Shown piece by piece: positions 30,888 through 44,922 of a stretch of 64,000 nt of DNA. The notes beneath the pieces are model-generated. The model searched no databases. It saw nothing but the letters and a program-made list of their open reading frames with translations, and was not told the DNA's origin. A program made the position numbers and the translations under genes. Position 1 is the stretch's first letter; each line of letters begins with the position of its first letter. Source of the DNA: the human T2T-CHM13v2.0 reference genome, Homo sapiens; assembly GCF_009914755.1 (NCBI RefSeq), contig NC_060934.1. The stretch is one strand, 5' to 3'.

Positions 30888-31355
30888 GGAGGTCTGTAAG
30901 AATTAAAGATCAAATATACAAGGGTCCTAGCACAGTGTGCAGCATGACAGGATCTATCATTAATATCATTACTCTGTTTTTTGAGGGTGTTTGTTTTCTA
31001 GAAGATACATTACTAAAGAACAAAATGATTCATAATTAAAATATATGCAGATATACAGGAAAACATTTTTGGAATGGAACAAAGACAGTTGACTTTAATC
31101 ATTGAATGTAGAAGAGTTGAAGTGAATTTAATGGAAGAGGATTATTCTGAGGGGGACAGGTCTTCATTTTGCTTTATCCTCACAGAGCTCTGCAGGGGTA
31201 AAAGGAGAAAATCACATGCATGCTTAGCACACAGTATAGGCACTTAGGCCACAGGTGATAAGTGTTGGCTTCTGTTAATAATAATTTTATTATGTGTCAG
31301 GACAACCTGTGAGAAGTTAGCATTGTTTGAGCATTCTTTGTAGGTTAGAGATTCA

Positions 31356-31649
31356 TTTTCTTTTTTGAGACAGGATCTTGCTTTGTTGCCGGGGCTGGAT
31401 TGCCATGCTGTGAACACGGCTCACTGCAACCTCTACTTCCTGGGCTCAGGTGATTCTCCTGCCTCAGCCTCCTGAATAGCTGGGACTACAGGTGCAAGCC
31501 ACCAATGCCTGGCTAATTTTTTTTGTATATTTTTGTAAAGGTGGAATTTCGCCATGTTACCCAGGCTGGTCTCGAACTCCTGAGCTGAAGCGATCTGCCT
31601 GCCTCAGCCTCCCAAAGTGCTGGGATTACAGGTGTGAGCCACTGCGCCT
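31356..31649 (-). mobile_element. AluJ-like
   Basis: Diverged antisense dimer ending 170 nt upstream of a DOCK1 exon. Confidence 0.9.
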
Positions 31650-31819
31650 GATGACTTTTGTTCTTTGCTCTATTTTCATCGTGTTAGCCGTCAGCCCCTC
31701 ATCTGGAAGTGATCTTTCTCTTCTCAGTATTTCTGCGGTTCTTCTCATAAGGATTACAAATTGGTATGAACACTCCCTAACCTGCATGCTGCTCAGCCTT
31801 CTTGTTTCTTGATTTGCAG

Positions 31820-31890
31820 GGGGCAGCACTGAAATACTTACCAACGATCGTCAACGATGTGAAATTGGTGTTTGATCCCAAAGAGCTCAG
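31820..31890 (+). CDS. DOCK1: DOCK1 internal coding exon (71 nt; probably exon 24): GAALKYLPTIVNDVKLVFDPKEL(S)
   Basis: Acceptor cttgtttcttgatttgcAG, donor CAG|gtaagt. The translation is recognisable DOCK180 sequence and its phase-2 end joins the exon at 35837. Exon number is from recall. Confidence 0.95.
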
Positions 31891-32545
31891 GTAAGTATGC
31901 AGCCCAGGCGAATGCTTGTCACGTGCCGTGTGTGACCTCCTTCTCAGTGTGCTTAGTTTATGGGATGCTCAGGGTTCTGCCTCATGTCTCCATATGTCAG
32001 TGCCCTGGATCATTCTGGAACATGTGTTGCTGGTGGTGTCTGTGACTCTTTGATAATCATGACATTATGTGGAAAAGGTATCACCAGTCAACTATGACAA
32101 CATTTTTTAAGAAGATTGTTTACAGTCTAATTGGTATATAATGTCCATTTGGCATTTTGCATACTTTGAGGTTTGAATTTCAGTATGTGGTTGTTGGTTT
32201 TGCTCTTGTTTTCAGCACCTAAAAATCCTGACATAGGAGCTTTAATATTCCTGCGCCGGCTTCTGCTTCTGTAATAGAGGCAACTCCTCTTTGGGAGGGG
32301 CCCTGAGCCTCAAGCAGAAGACTCAGAAGTTACTAAGAAAATAATTTTTAGAAAACCCCACAAACAAACTTTGAGAAAGCTGGTCACTGGGCTTTCAGAC
32401 CAAGGAGTGAGATTGGACACCAAATCCTTCCTTTTCTCTCCCTAACTTGCCGCCTCTCAGTGGCCAGGTGTGCTGTTTGTTTCCTAATCTGTTGGTATCA
32501 CTGCATTCTGAAAGTGCCATTGTGAGCAAATGGGATACACAGCCT

Positions 32546-32710
32546 TTTTAATTTATTTTTTAAGAGATAGGGGTCTCACTCTGTTGCCCAGGCTGTAGTG
32601 CAGTGGCGCGATCATAGCTCACTGCAGCTTCAAACTCCTGGCCTCAAGCACCCCTCCCGCCTCTGCCTTCAAAGCACTGGAATTACCGACGTGCGCCACC
32701 GCTCCCACCC
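32546..32710 (-). mobile_element. Alu monomer (FRAM/FAM-like)
   Basis: Single arm; degenerate TSD gggatacacagcc/gggatgcacagtc. Confidence 0.8.
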
Positions 32711-33174
32711 CAGGGATGCACAGTCGTTTAAACCCCAGACATTCAATAGCACAGTCCTCAACTACTTTTTGTTTTGGTTTTGATTTGACACAATAAACTA
32801 CCTGTGGGTGAAGACACCATTTTTTACCGGCCAATGAAGCCCTCCTAAATATTAGTAAAGGGCCATCTGTCCACTGAGCGGTGAAACGGAATAAAAAATG
32901 ATTATCCTTCCTGTACTTTATGTCTACCATAGGTCACTCGTGCCCTGGAATTGAAGGGCGAGGGGCTCTCTGGGAGGCGCTGTCCCCCACGAATCATTGT
33001 GAATCTGATGTTCCCTAGGATTTAGTGTCCTGCAGGGAAACATTTATTTTCTGCTCCCAGGGCACCAACAGTGCTGGTCATAAGCTTAGCAGGTCCTACA
33101 TGAGAAAAGGAGAAACACACAGGCTCACGGGCGGTGTCTGCCCACCTGGCGCGCTGTAGAGTCCTCTCCTTGGC

Positions 33175-33370
33175 ACATGCTTCTCCAAGAGCGGGCCCCA
33201 AAATGGCAGCTCCGGTAGCCCTTGGGAACTTGTTAGAGAAAGCCAAACTTTGGCTTCCTCCCCAGACCTTCTGAATTAGAAACTGCACAGTGGGGCCTGG
33301 TCATTTGATTTTAACAACCTCCCTCCCCGTGCAGGTGCTTCCAGGGCTCTCTCATATTTTAGTAGCTCAG
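33175..33370. mobile_element. MER5A-like DNA transposon
   Basis: gggaacttgttagagaa...ccccagaccttctgaattagaaact...ttttaacaacctcc. Confidence 0.7.
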
Positions 33371-33433
33371 GTCTTGAAAAACTGAGAGGAAGCAGAGAAA
33401 GCTGCAACTGGTGTGGGCTGTGGCCATACTCTA

Positions 33434-33593
33434 GGCCTGTCTCATGGTGCACACAGATCAGCTCCGCACCCGCGGAGGGGTATCGTCGATACTCTCAGTT
33501 TGCGCTTGAGCCGGGCCTGTCCTCACTGTACGCACAAATTAGCCCCTCACCGATGGAGGGTATCATTGACGCTCACAGTTTGTGGTTGAGCCG
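33434..33593. repeat. Diverged 80-bp tandem duplication
   Basis: ggcctgt..ctca..gagg(g)gtatc..cagtttg..ttgagccg occurs at 33434-33513 and 33514-33593. Confidence 0.8.
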
Positions 33594-33894
33594 TGTGCTT
33601 GGAGGTCCTAGGAAGACCTGCTTGGCCAGGGCCGATGCAGGCTGCTGCTGGCCTCTCTCAGATTTGTGCATCCCTGTGTTCCTCCTCAATGCCTGTTACA
33701 CTGATTTTTAAAAATGACATTGAAAATCACATACATATTTGTTTCTATTTAGAAAATTGGTTCATGTTTTAATAAACAGAAGAGATGACAGAAGAGGGTA
33801 ACTCAAACTTAAGTCCACTACCCAAAAGAATCAGAAAGTGCTGGATCCCTTACACACATACGTACACACACACTTAAAAAAGTCACCATTTTTT

Positions 33895-34189
33895 GGTTAG
33901 GCATGGTGACTCACGCCTGTAATCCCAGCACTTTGGGAGGCCGAGGGGGACAGATCATGAGGTCAGGAATTCGAGACCAACCTGGCCAGCATGGTGAAAC
34001 TCCATCTCCACTAAAGATACAAAAAATTAGCTGGGCATGATGGCGGGTGCCTGTAATCCCAGCTACTCAGGAGGCTGAGGCAGGAGAATTGTTTGAACCC
34101 AGAGGCAGAAATTGCAGTGAGCCTGGATCGCGGCATTGTACTCCAGCCTGGGTGACAGGGCAAGACTCTGTCTCAAAAATAAAAAAAAG
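33895..34189 (+). mobile_element. AluS
   Basis: Full dimer; TSD aaaagtcaccatt. Confidence 0.93.
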
Positions 34190-34339
34190 AAAAGTCACCA
34201 TTCTTTGTGATCAGCTCCTGCACTTAAGACATCTTCCTCTCCCATGCCACGAGGGCATCTTCTGCATCATCATTGTTAGTAACTTTCATGCCGATCCATC
34301 CCATGCTGGCCTATCTTTAAGCAGCAACAATAGACGCAG

Positions 34340-34555
34340 CATCTATTATGTGCTTTCACCATGTAAAATAGGTTTTGCACAAAGCACTTGTATTAGTCCA
34401 TTAATCTTTACAACAATGGTATGACATAGGTTCTATTGTTAGCCGAATTTTATCCTCAATAACTTGTCCATGATAATTCAGCTGGTAAATGGCAGTGGTT
34501 CAAGGCCAACCCGGGCTTTTTGAATACAAAGAACAGGCCTCTAGCTACTGTGCTA
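34340..34555 (-). mobile_element. MIR
   Basis: ttaatctttacaacaatggtatgacatagg...aacttgtccatgataattcagctggtaaatggcag. Confidence 0.6.
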
Positions 34556-34964
34556 CCTGATGGCTGTTGAGTTGTATTCAAGTTTTTTTAAAAAAAATAT
34601 ATTATAAAATGCTAGGATAAAATTTCCTGTAGCTTAATTGTAGTTTCTGCTCCTATTTTATATCATTAGGATAAAAAGAGAAATGGCATTACTTGGTTTT
34701 GCATTTTCTTAAAGGATTTTCAGTAGATTTTATCTACTCGTCCCCCTCCAGAAGGTAAAACCAACATTCTACCAGTATACGTTGGTGTCTGTTTTCCCAA
34801 AATATTGCTGGTACTGGGAATTACCATTTTATAGAACCTTGCCAGTATGACTGGTGAAACCGTATCTGCCCATTTTAATTTGTGTTTATGTAGTTACTAA
34901 CAAGAGCTCTTCTAAAATTTCTTCATAGGTCTGTTAGCCTTTTGTAAAAGTGTATTTTTAAAAA

Positions 34965-35650
34965 ATTGCTTTATTGTGGTATTATTTACAAACGATAAAG
35001 TCACCTATTGTAGACGGTTCAATTCAGTGGTTTTTAGTATATTTACGAAGATGTGCAGTGATCACCAGAGTCCAATTTTAGAACATTTTTATAACCCCAG
35101 CAAGATCCCAGTGTCCATTTCTGGTCATTTTTCCTTCCTAGCCCAGGTAACCCCGAATCTCTTTTCTCTCTCTACACATTTGTGTTTTCTGGGCATTTTA
35201 CAGAGCTGGAATCATACAACGTGTGGCCTCTGTACTGGCTTCTTCTACTTAGCATAAAGTTTTCAAGGTTTCTCCATGTTTTAGCATCAGTGCCTCCTTG
35301 TTTTTGGAAATGAATTGTGTGGCTATACTGCATTTTGTTCATCCATTCATTAACTGATGGACTTCGTGTTTTTTTTACTTTTTCAGTATAATGAACAATG
35401 CCACTTGGATTCATGGACAAATTGTTGTGTGGATATATGTTTTCATTTTTTCTCGGGGAGGTGGTATATGCCTGGAAGTGGATGGTGACTATGTTTGACA
35501 TTTTGAGGAAATGCCTAACTGTTTTCCAAAGTGGCTGTGCTGTGTTACCTTCCCACCAGCTTGGTGTGACTGTTCTCATTTCATTATATCTTTACCAACA
35601 CTTGTTATTGTCTGTCTTTTGGATTATAGGCACGTTAGTGATTGTGAAGT
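34965..35650 (-). mobile_element. L1M (MB-like) 3' fragment
   Basis: ORF 35172..35579 contains QPLWKTV...SVNEWMNKM...TWRNLENFMLS, which is L1 ORF2/3'-like. Confidence 0.85.
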
Positions 35651-35836
35651 GAAAACGAACACTTTCAAAACATCATTTCTTGGAATGAGTTATTGACCCC
35701 ATAGTGCATGAGAGGCTGTGTTGAACATACTGGTGACATTAATGACCATGTGATGACCTATATCTCAGTATTGTAACAACATTGGATCCTTTTGCTATGT
35801 GTCTCAAAATTATTTCCCTTGTGTTTTTCCTCACAG

Positions 35837-35943
35837 CAAAATGTTTACTGAATTCATCCTCAATGTTCCCATGGGCTTGCTGACCATCCAGAAACTCTAC
35901 TGCTTGATCGAAATCGTCCACAGTGACCTCTTCACACAGCATG
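35837..35943 (+). CDS. DOCK1: DOCK1 internal coding exon (107 nt; probably exon 25): (S)KMFTEFILNVPMGLLTIQKLYCLIEIVHSDLFTQH
   Basis: Acceptor gtgtttttcctcacAG, donor ATG|gtgagt. Lies in ORF 35799..35993; phases match the flanking exons. Confidence 0.96.
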
Positions 35944-37581
35944 GTGAGTGGAACCCCAAGAATTATTCACTTGTCCTGTTATTTATTTTCTGAAGACATT
36001 GACCCTCTGAATTGCCTCTTCTTGACAAAAGGAGTAGAGGCTGCAACCAATTAAAACTGCTGTATTACAAGACAGGAAGATTTAGCCCTTACAAGAGAAG
36101 GGTAATTGACATGTAATGCAGGTAATAGATCATTGAGAAATGAAGGCAAAAGCTCGTAGTTTGTAATTTAGGTATACACCAAAGTCCTAGGGTAATCAGC
36201 ATACATTGTAGCCTTTAAGATATGTGGTTGTCTGTCCTGGGGAGGCAATCACTTCGCTCCATTGTGATGATTGCAAGGAAAAGAATTCGAGTTTTCTTTA
36301 AATCTGAAAGTAATGGTTTTATCTTATTCTGAACTTTGCATTCTTTGACAGCATTTCTTCAAATCCTACTCAAAGTAATAAGAATTTCAATGATTCTTCA
36401 ACTCATTTATCCTGCAGAACACTTTATATTTCCCTATGTTATCTCCCTGCCCTTTTTAGTAATCATTTTTTTTCTATTTGGACAGATTAAATTAATATTT
36501 TACCCTTGTCAAGCAGTTTTATTGAAAGCTTAAAACCTCTGCATAATTCCACAAACTTCCTCATTTATTGGAGGCAAATGTGAAGTCTGTTGAGTGACAT
36601 TCTGACTGAGAAGCATGGATTTATTCGATTCCATTTGTGCCTGGACATTTGGCTGCTCCATTCATTTTCTGTTGTCCTCATTCTTGGTGTTGTTCTCAGT
36701 TCCCCTGTGCTTTCACGGATCCCAGACTTGGGATGTCCCTGTTAAGTTACGGGCTGGGTTTGGAACACACTCTGTGCTTGGCTTGGTCCTTTGTGCCTTC
36801 TGGGATGCGAATTTTAATCTTCTTTCTTGGCTTAACCTTATAAAATGCACCAGAGTGTACACGTGTTGCTAAGGCTAATATTGAAAGAAAATGTTGACTT
36901 CATTTAGGTGAGAGTGTTCTTCTCTAGAAAAAAACACATCAAACCAAGAAGTGGGTGACTTTCTGCAGCCCCTCCATGTAGACCTCTCTCTTTAGTCAGA
37001 AACCACTTCTTACTTTCATAAAAGAAAGTCAGTTCTCACCATGGTCTGGGACTCAAAGCACATGACGCTCCATTGAGCTATTATTCCTGACTGTCCATAT
37101 TTCAGTTTCTCACTGGAAACTGAATTGCCCACTCACCAGGTGTTTTCCAAGACTTGGGTACTCTAGGGGGCTTAAGGAAAGGCTGATGATAGAGGTGATG
37201 GCCAGGCACCCTGCTTCAGGGTTTCCTCCTACAGTGAATAAGCTTTGTACCACAGCAAGTAAAATCCTCCGAAAATTTTATATCTGGGTCTTATTAGGTG
37301 GGTTACTGATGCTCCTAACCATTCAATGCCAAGACACACACAGCGACATACTGCATCACCAGCACTACCGTCATCAGTATCTTCATCAAATTAACAGCTG
37401 TCAATGAGTGTCAACCGTCCATGAATAACAATTGTTGTAAATTGTCGATGAATTGTGCTTGATTTTTCTTAAGTGTTGATTTAACGAAGATCTTCTTCAG
37501 GATATATTTACATATATTTTTAAATTTCTGTTGCAAAACTTTGTTCTGTATGTCATTTAGTTTCTTTGAATAAGGATGTAA

Positions 37582-37900
<319 letters not shown>

Positions 37901-39394
37901 CCAGATATTTTTTCCTCTATTAAAACTTGCTCATTTCTTTAGGTCGTAGAAAGCTTGAAGGAAACTTACTGTTTATATTCGACGATTTTGTTAGCTTAGG
38001 TGTTTGTAATTGTGTTCTGTCCCTCTTTCCTATGCCCCATTTCTGTTTCATTCTTGTTCTCTAAGCCTTTTATCTTAGACAGCCTGAAGTCCTGTTTTGG
38101 AAGTATGCAGGATGTGAATAACTGCTTAGCTTTGTTTAATATGGAATTACCAGGTCATGTAATATTTTGAAATAATTAACCTGCTGTCATCTTTTTAAGT
38201 ACGGAATTAGGATTTTGATCTTAGTATAAGCAAGTTGTACCCAATGTAGTAAATGAGGTTGTATGAAATATATGAATCCCAAATTATTGTGGGCTAAATG
38301 AACCAAAATTAGCCCGAAGCTTCGTGTCTTACAAGCAGCCCCAGAATTGCCCCATCAGTAGAAGTTGTCTAAGCTGTAACTGGCAGCTCAAATGTACTTC
38401 TAAATGCTTAGTGGTTGCCTAGAAGCATTTCGGAATGCTTTGGCCAACGTGAAAATGGTCCCATTTACTGTCTTTGAGTTTTAAGCGTTTTTCTTAAAAC
38501 AACCTGTTTTTCTCATCTGCAAGCTCTCTGCTTGTTCAAAGCAGCCAACAGACATCTTACCTCCTGGTCAGGAGAGATTTATCACCAGAAATCTTCCAGT
38601 TGGTCCATTCTTACAAAAGATGTCATTACTTTTGCAAAATATTCTGTGCCACCTTTGGTATAACAATTTAAAGCCAAACTGTTTTCTGATGAGACATGTT
38701 GAATCTGATTTTCATGCTTTTTTCCTGTTTCTTGTTAATTTGTACAAATGTGGTTGTTTTTGTCCTGTTTCCTGATCCCAGTGGAATCAGTCAAATGAAC
38801 TCTCTTTGTGTTCAGATTTCTAGAACTTGGTATAACTGGATTTAGCTGCATGTGCCACTGAATGCACTTGCCCTTAGTAAACATCCTCTGGAGGATGTGT
38901 TCAGAATGTGTCACTGTATGTGTCCTCCAGGCTCCTTCGTGGGGGCTCCCTGGGTGAAGTGAGATTCCCAAGTCTTTGCTTCTCAGCTTGTGTGTTGCCT
39001 TACTCACTGAAAGAGACCCACTGGTTGCTTTGCACTAAAACATTTCTTTTTATCTCCGCCTGATATAATGACAAGTGGATCTGTTTGCAAGAGGCTGGCA
39101 GTGAATTCTGAAACTGGTGTTGTTCCTCTGCAGAAAAGCCTTTCGTTGCCAGGTCTGGGTCCCAGTAGGCCAGGCCTTACAGTGCCTTGGTTGTTTCTGG
39201 CCTTGTTTTCCCCATTTCTCTCTCTTGGAGAACATGGAAACCGTAGGTGCATCCTGAGTTTGTTGGGCTTCATAGGAGGCACGTCTTTGGGCTTGTCAAA
39301 GCAAGACAACTCTGTGTGGTCCAGTCCATGTGGGACTGGCCTGAATGAGGACACCAGGCCTGCGTCACTGCGGCCATTTGCTCACAGAGCATTC

Positions 39395-39606
39395 AGCCTT
39401 CCTCTGCCCTTCTGTTCTATCCAGGCCCTCAAGGATTAGATGATGGCCACCCACACTCTGCAGGATGGACATGCTTGACTCAGTCCCCCAATCCCAATGC
39501 TAATCTCTGCTGGAAACATCCTTACAGACACACTCAGAAATAATGTTCAGCCAGCTCTCTGGGCATCCGTGGTGCAGTCATTTGGCATTTAAAATTAACC
39601 ATCACA
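39395..39606 (-). mobile_element. MLT2 (ERVL) LTR fragment
   Basis: Ends aaaattaaccatcaca (reverse complement of the MLT2 5' tgtgatggttaatttt) and contains gctaatctctgctggaaacatccttacagacac. Confidence 0.75.
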
Positions 39607-40175
39607 GAGTATTTCTTCCAAGAGGCCTGTGATTGCCCTGCTTAAAAAGCCCCCTACATGCCACCTCATGGCTCCTCATGGCACGCCCCCCATGTGGAAT
39701 CATTGTATTTCTTACTTGCTTATTTGTAGGCCTTCCATAGGATGAGAACTTTCCAAGCTGGGCCTTGTTCATCTAGATTTTGCTCTTCTGCTGGTACCTA
39801 GCGCATGCCTGGCTTCAGCATGCCTGTAATGGATATTTATTGAATGAATGAAATGCTTATGGGTATTCCTAACCAGGAGGCAGTACAGAGAAAGAAGCAG
39901 GACCAGCTACACACATGTGTAGTTGACTTGATTGAAGGGAGGTAAAGGTTTGGATTCACATGGGGAAATTGGCAATCTTTCCTTGTCTTAGCATTGAATG
40001 AATTGATCATAGGGGAGAAAGGAGAGGTCTTAGAGGAGGAGTAACATCAGGAGCAAAGGGAGAGGGAGAAGAGTGAGAGACTTGAGGTGTGAAGAGTCTT
40101 CTCTGAGCAGTTTTATAAAATCAAGATGCTCTTCTATTTGCATCTGATCTAATCATTCCTGTTTTCTGGAAATAG

Positions 40176-40643
<468 letters not shown>

Positions 40644-43600
40644 AGTCCATCTTTTCTTATCTATATGCCCGTCCCCCAGATATTTTGAGGCAAATCTCTG
40701 CCATCACAGCATTCCATTTTTTGTCATTTTAAATGTATGGTGGTAATACAGAGGGCAAACAGTGTTCCTAAGAAGAGGTTGTGCAGAGGAGCTGATCCCC
40801 ATGCTGATAAGGCATCCACCTTGGATGTTCCCACCCCTGGCCCTTTGCTGAGGTAGAGGGCCTGTGATGCATTAGCATACTGTGTGTGAGTCAGTGAATG
40901 GGCAGTGTGTGTGAGAGTCAATAGGCTGTGATGGCTTTAAGCTTTGTCTCGCCATGTGACTTGACTACTTGAAAGCTGGTTGATAGATTACATGCTTCAC
41001 CAAAAGATGACTCTTGCATATAATCTGTGGTGTGGAGTGAGCAGATTTTCAAAGCAAGATAGATACAAAGAGAAGGAAAAGTCAAAGCTTCATCATTTGT
41101 GCATTTGTAGCTTTGTTTCCATGTGATTATATTGTTGCCCACATAGCTGACAAAAGCTGTGAAAATTAAAGCTTAAATCTTATAGAAATGAAAAGTTTTA
41201 GTGTAATTAAACACTAGAACACTGACGTTTAGGATTTAAGCTCACAAAATTGTGTAACATTAATGTTATAGAAATTGGAATAAAATGAATCAAGCTGAGC
41301 TAACATTGACTTTTAAGTTAGTAAAGAGCATTGGCTATACTTGTAAGAAGCCTTTGAGTGGAGGTGAGAGTCCTCCTGGAACATGTTCTCTCACCCACTG
41401 GCCCCTTTCTGAATCTGACAGCTTTGGGAAGCTTGTTTCAATGAACACTGGGTCACTTATTTGCTTTGCAAGGTATAATTTTTCCATATTCCCATTTCTA
41501 TAGTGGCCAAAGCAGTGGACAGGTTTTCTTTGGAGCTTACTGTGTACTTATCATTTTGTCCTCACTTAGTTTGTTTTGGATGGGAGTATGAGACTTTGAG
41601 AGTAAATTTTAGTGGTAAGGCTACCCCTTTTTGGTCTTGCAAATAGTTGGATACTCTAGATAGATTGCTTTTCTGTAAGCCTGCTCTGTGTAGTTTTCTG
41701 TTTGTCTGTTTGTTGTTTTTCTGGTGGTTGGACTCTGGCAGTGAGTAGGAATGGGAAAGAGGCCATTCCCTCATACCCTGGCTCTCCTGGGGCTCCTCCC
41801 TTCACTATAGCAAACAGGCTCCTTGTAGACAGTGTTCATGAGTCTTTTCAAACTTCATTTGCTTTCATTTTTGAGCTTCTTGAAAGTGTAAGCCTGTTAA
41901 GTTTAAATTATTTTCCTTATTCTTATTTTCAAGGTGAATGATTCTTCTAGTTATCAAGCAGAGTAAAACTCTCCTTTTTAATGGTGGAAACATTAGTTAC
42001 AGCAGCCCTTTGAAATCTGAGGGCAAAATCCCAGACACTTACTGGGACTAGCTATTAGGAAATATTGAAGTCAGATTTCTACACTATTATCATTGTGATT
42101 TGATCCATGATAGAAATTTATATCTCAAAAATTACCCTATTAATAAACTTATTATGCCTTAAATTATAGAAAAGTTGCGTGTTTAAAACAAACCCATAAT
42201 ATACCTTCTTAATGTTTTGATAAAAGCATTTTTGATTAAAAAAACCAAAATAAAATCTCTTGAGCTTTACTATTGTGGAAAATAGAAATATATCGAAAGG
42301 GATCTTAAACCTGGAGCTACTCTGCAGTAGTTTTGTTAACTTGATAGATGTTGTGCAGAAGGAAAAATTGGGGTTGGGGTCAATTTTGCCACATTCACTT
42401 AATGTACCACTCATATAGCATTCTGCAGTACTTTAATTAGATAGTTGTGCTGATGACTTCTGATGAACGGTACCAGCTGTGAACCCTGAAGACTGATTCT
42501 TTTAAATAATGGTGGAATGTAAACATCATTTTCTCTTCTGTTTCTTTCATGCCTTGAGAAAACTTTTTATCTGTAATACTGCACCTTTTTCATCCCTCAT
42601 TCTGTATATCATTCTCTGTCTTTCATTATATATGTTTTTGAAAAGACCATTTGTTATAACACTGCAGGATTTTAGAAATGACTTATTGAATGTAGGAGGG
42701 TGAACTCAATTTCAGGTTTTTAATTGTTTCTGTTTCAATTCCATCATAATTCATTGAATATCTTCCGTGTGCTCAGGACCATTGATTAGCGAGTTTGCTT
42801 CCTTTGAGAGTCTTCAGAGTCATCTACTTAAAAATGTAGAATTGGAAAAGAGTGATTATCTCAATGCTCAGATAAGGACACCAGAGTTCAGCCAGAAGCC
42901 TGGCAGGGAGCTGTCCACCGCCGTGGTGCTGATTGAGGAGGTGGCTTCTTACAAATCTATCAGCCCACTCTTTTCTTAAACTGTTTCACACCCACCATAT
43001 GAGTAATGCATTCTGAAAACTGAATTTACTTCAAATGCCATATAGAGCAAGACAAAATACAAATAAGTGAATAAATAAACATACAAATAAATTAAATGTA
43101 TAAAGTATACAGTGTTGTGCTTATATGTTCATGGAGTTTTAATAGTTTTTCTCTTCTTTCTGTGTGGGACCTTTATCTGTGATCAAATTGGTGGTGCCAA
43201 CAGTTTATGGTATAGTTGGTGTAAACTTTATCATCGTCTGTTGAGTTCTGCTGTCACTTCTGGGTGGGCTTCTGTTCCTGTTGCTGGATGTTGAATGCAA
43301 GAAGAACGATCTGAGAAGAGACTGTGTTGGTTGTGCTGTATTTAGTCATGTGCACACTGGGCACCAGGAAAGCAAGTCCCTGAGTCTCTTTAGTACATGA
43401 TTTCTTCTAGCTCCTGGTAGCTGATTTCTGTAACTGCATGATGTGTTGTCTACAGTAACTAGCCTGGGACAGTGGAAAGAGCCCCAGGTCAGCATGCAGT
43501 CTCCTAGGTTCTGCTTTAGGACCTCTGTCTTTTCTTGGGCATAAACTCCTCCCTGGGTGCACAGTCCTTCCGCTAAGATGAACTGCAACACAATATAGGG

Positions 43601-44626
43601 TTTTGACATATGTATTTTATTGTCAGAGCAACCAGGAGGGGAGTTTGTGCAGGACCACATGGGCCAAGACCTATGTTTTTTTGCTACCTTTATTCTCCTG
43701 GTTTAAAAAATACCCACCATTCCACAGCCCTGTATATTCTCTCTCAGTTTTCTCATCCTCCATGTGGTGAGATCCTGCCTGCAGACTGACAGCCCTGTAA
43801 ATTCTTTCTGAACTTAACACAAGCCACATCCTTCCACCTAGAAAACAGACTTCCTGCCTGACCAATTCTTCTCACACAGTGTTTTCTGCATTTTTCTTGC
43901 ATCTTGCCAATTTTTTCATCTACTGATAAATGGGACTCATTTGCAATTTTTCTCCATTGGCTCTTCTTTAATTTCTTTCCTCTGACAACTTGTTACTAAC
44001 AGAGTAATGGAAGTTTAATCCTTAGTTTTCCAGAGTAAAAGATACAAAATATCTGCTCCCCCACTGCCTTCCTTTAAAGGATGGCTCGCTTTTTTACAAA
44101 GCCTTGTGCCGATGTCCAGAAAACATATATTTGACAAACTTCTTTTTCCTGTTGTTCAATAGTCCACGTGCTACTGTGCCCCCTCCTTCCAATTTCCAAC
44201 ACCCTTTTACTTGCTCTGTCACCTTTTCATTTCAAATTCCATGATACTGAATACCTCAAGAGTGAAGTGCAGATTACCGCATTTCTAACAATTTCAGCCC
44301 TCTGCCCAGTGGCCCTGTTCCAGTCAGAACACGTAAAAGGTACTGTCGGGCAGCTTGGAACAGAAACACTGTACAGGCCATTTGTGTTTACTCCATTTTA
44401 CAGACTAGGAAACTAAGGTGCAGAAAGGAAAAGTGACCTACCAAGGGTAACTTGATGTTGATTTATTCTCTGGTACTGCTAACTTTCATGACTTGTTAGG
44501 TTAGAATGATTCTTGAAAAATTTGCTTTGCGTCTGTTATGTAAAAATGCCTGAATCATACAGATTTACACACACGTGTACCTGCATGGGTCCTTTACTCT
44601 GGGGGCTCCAGCTGAGGAATCAGGCT

Positions 44627-44922
44627 TTTTTTTTTTTTGAGACGGAGTCTCGCTCTGTCACCCAGGCTGGAGTGCAGTGGCGCAATCTCGGCTTACTGCA
44701 AGCTCCGTCTCCCAGGTTCACGCCATTCTTCTGCCTCAGCCTCCTGAGTAGCTGGGACTACAGGCGCCTGCCACCGTGGCCGACTAATTTTGTTTTTGTA
44801 TTTTTAGTAGAGATGGGGTTTCACTGTGTCAGCCAGGATGGTCTCTATCTCCTGACCTCATGGTCCTCCTGACTCAGCCTCCCAAGTGCTGGGATTACAG
44901 GCGTGAGCCACCGCGCCCGGCC
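44627..44922 (-). mobile_element. AluY-like
   Basis: ctgcaagctccg...ttcacgccattc Y diagnostics. Confidence 0.93.
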
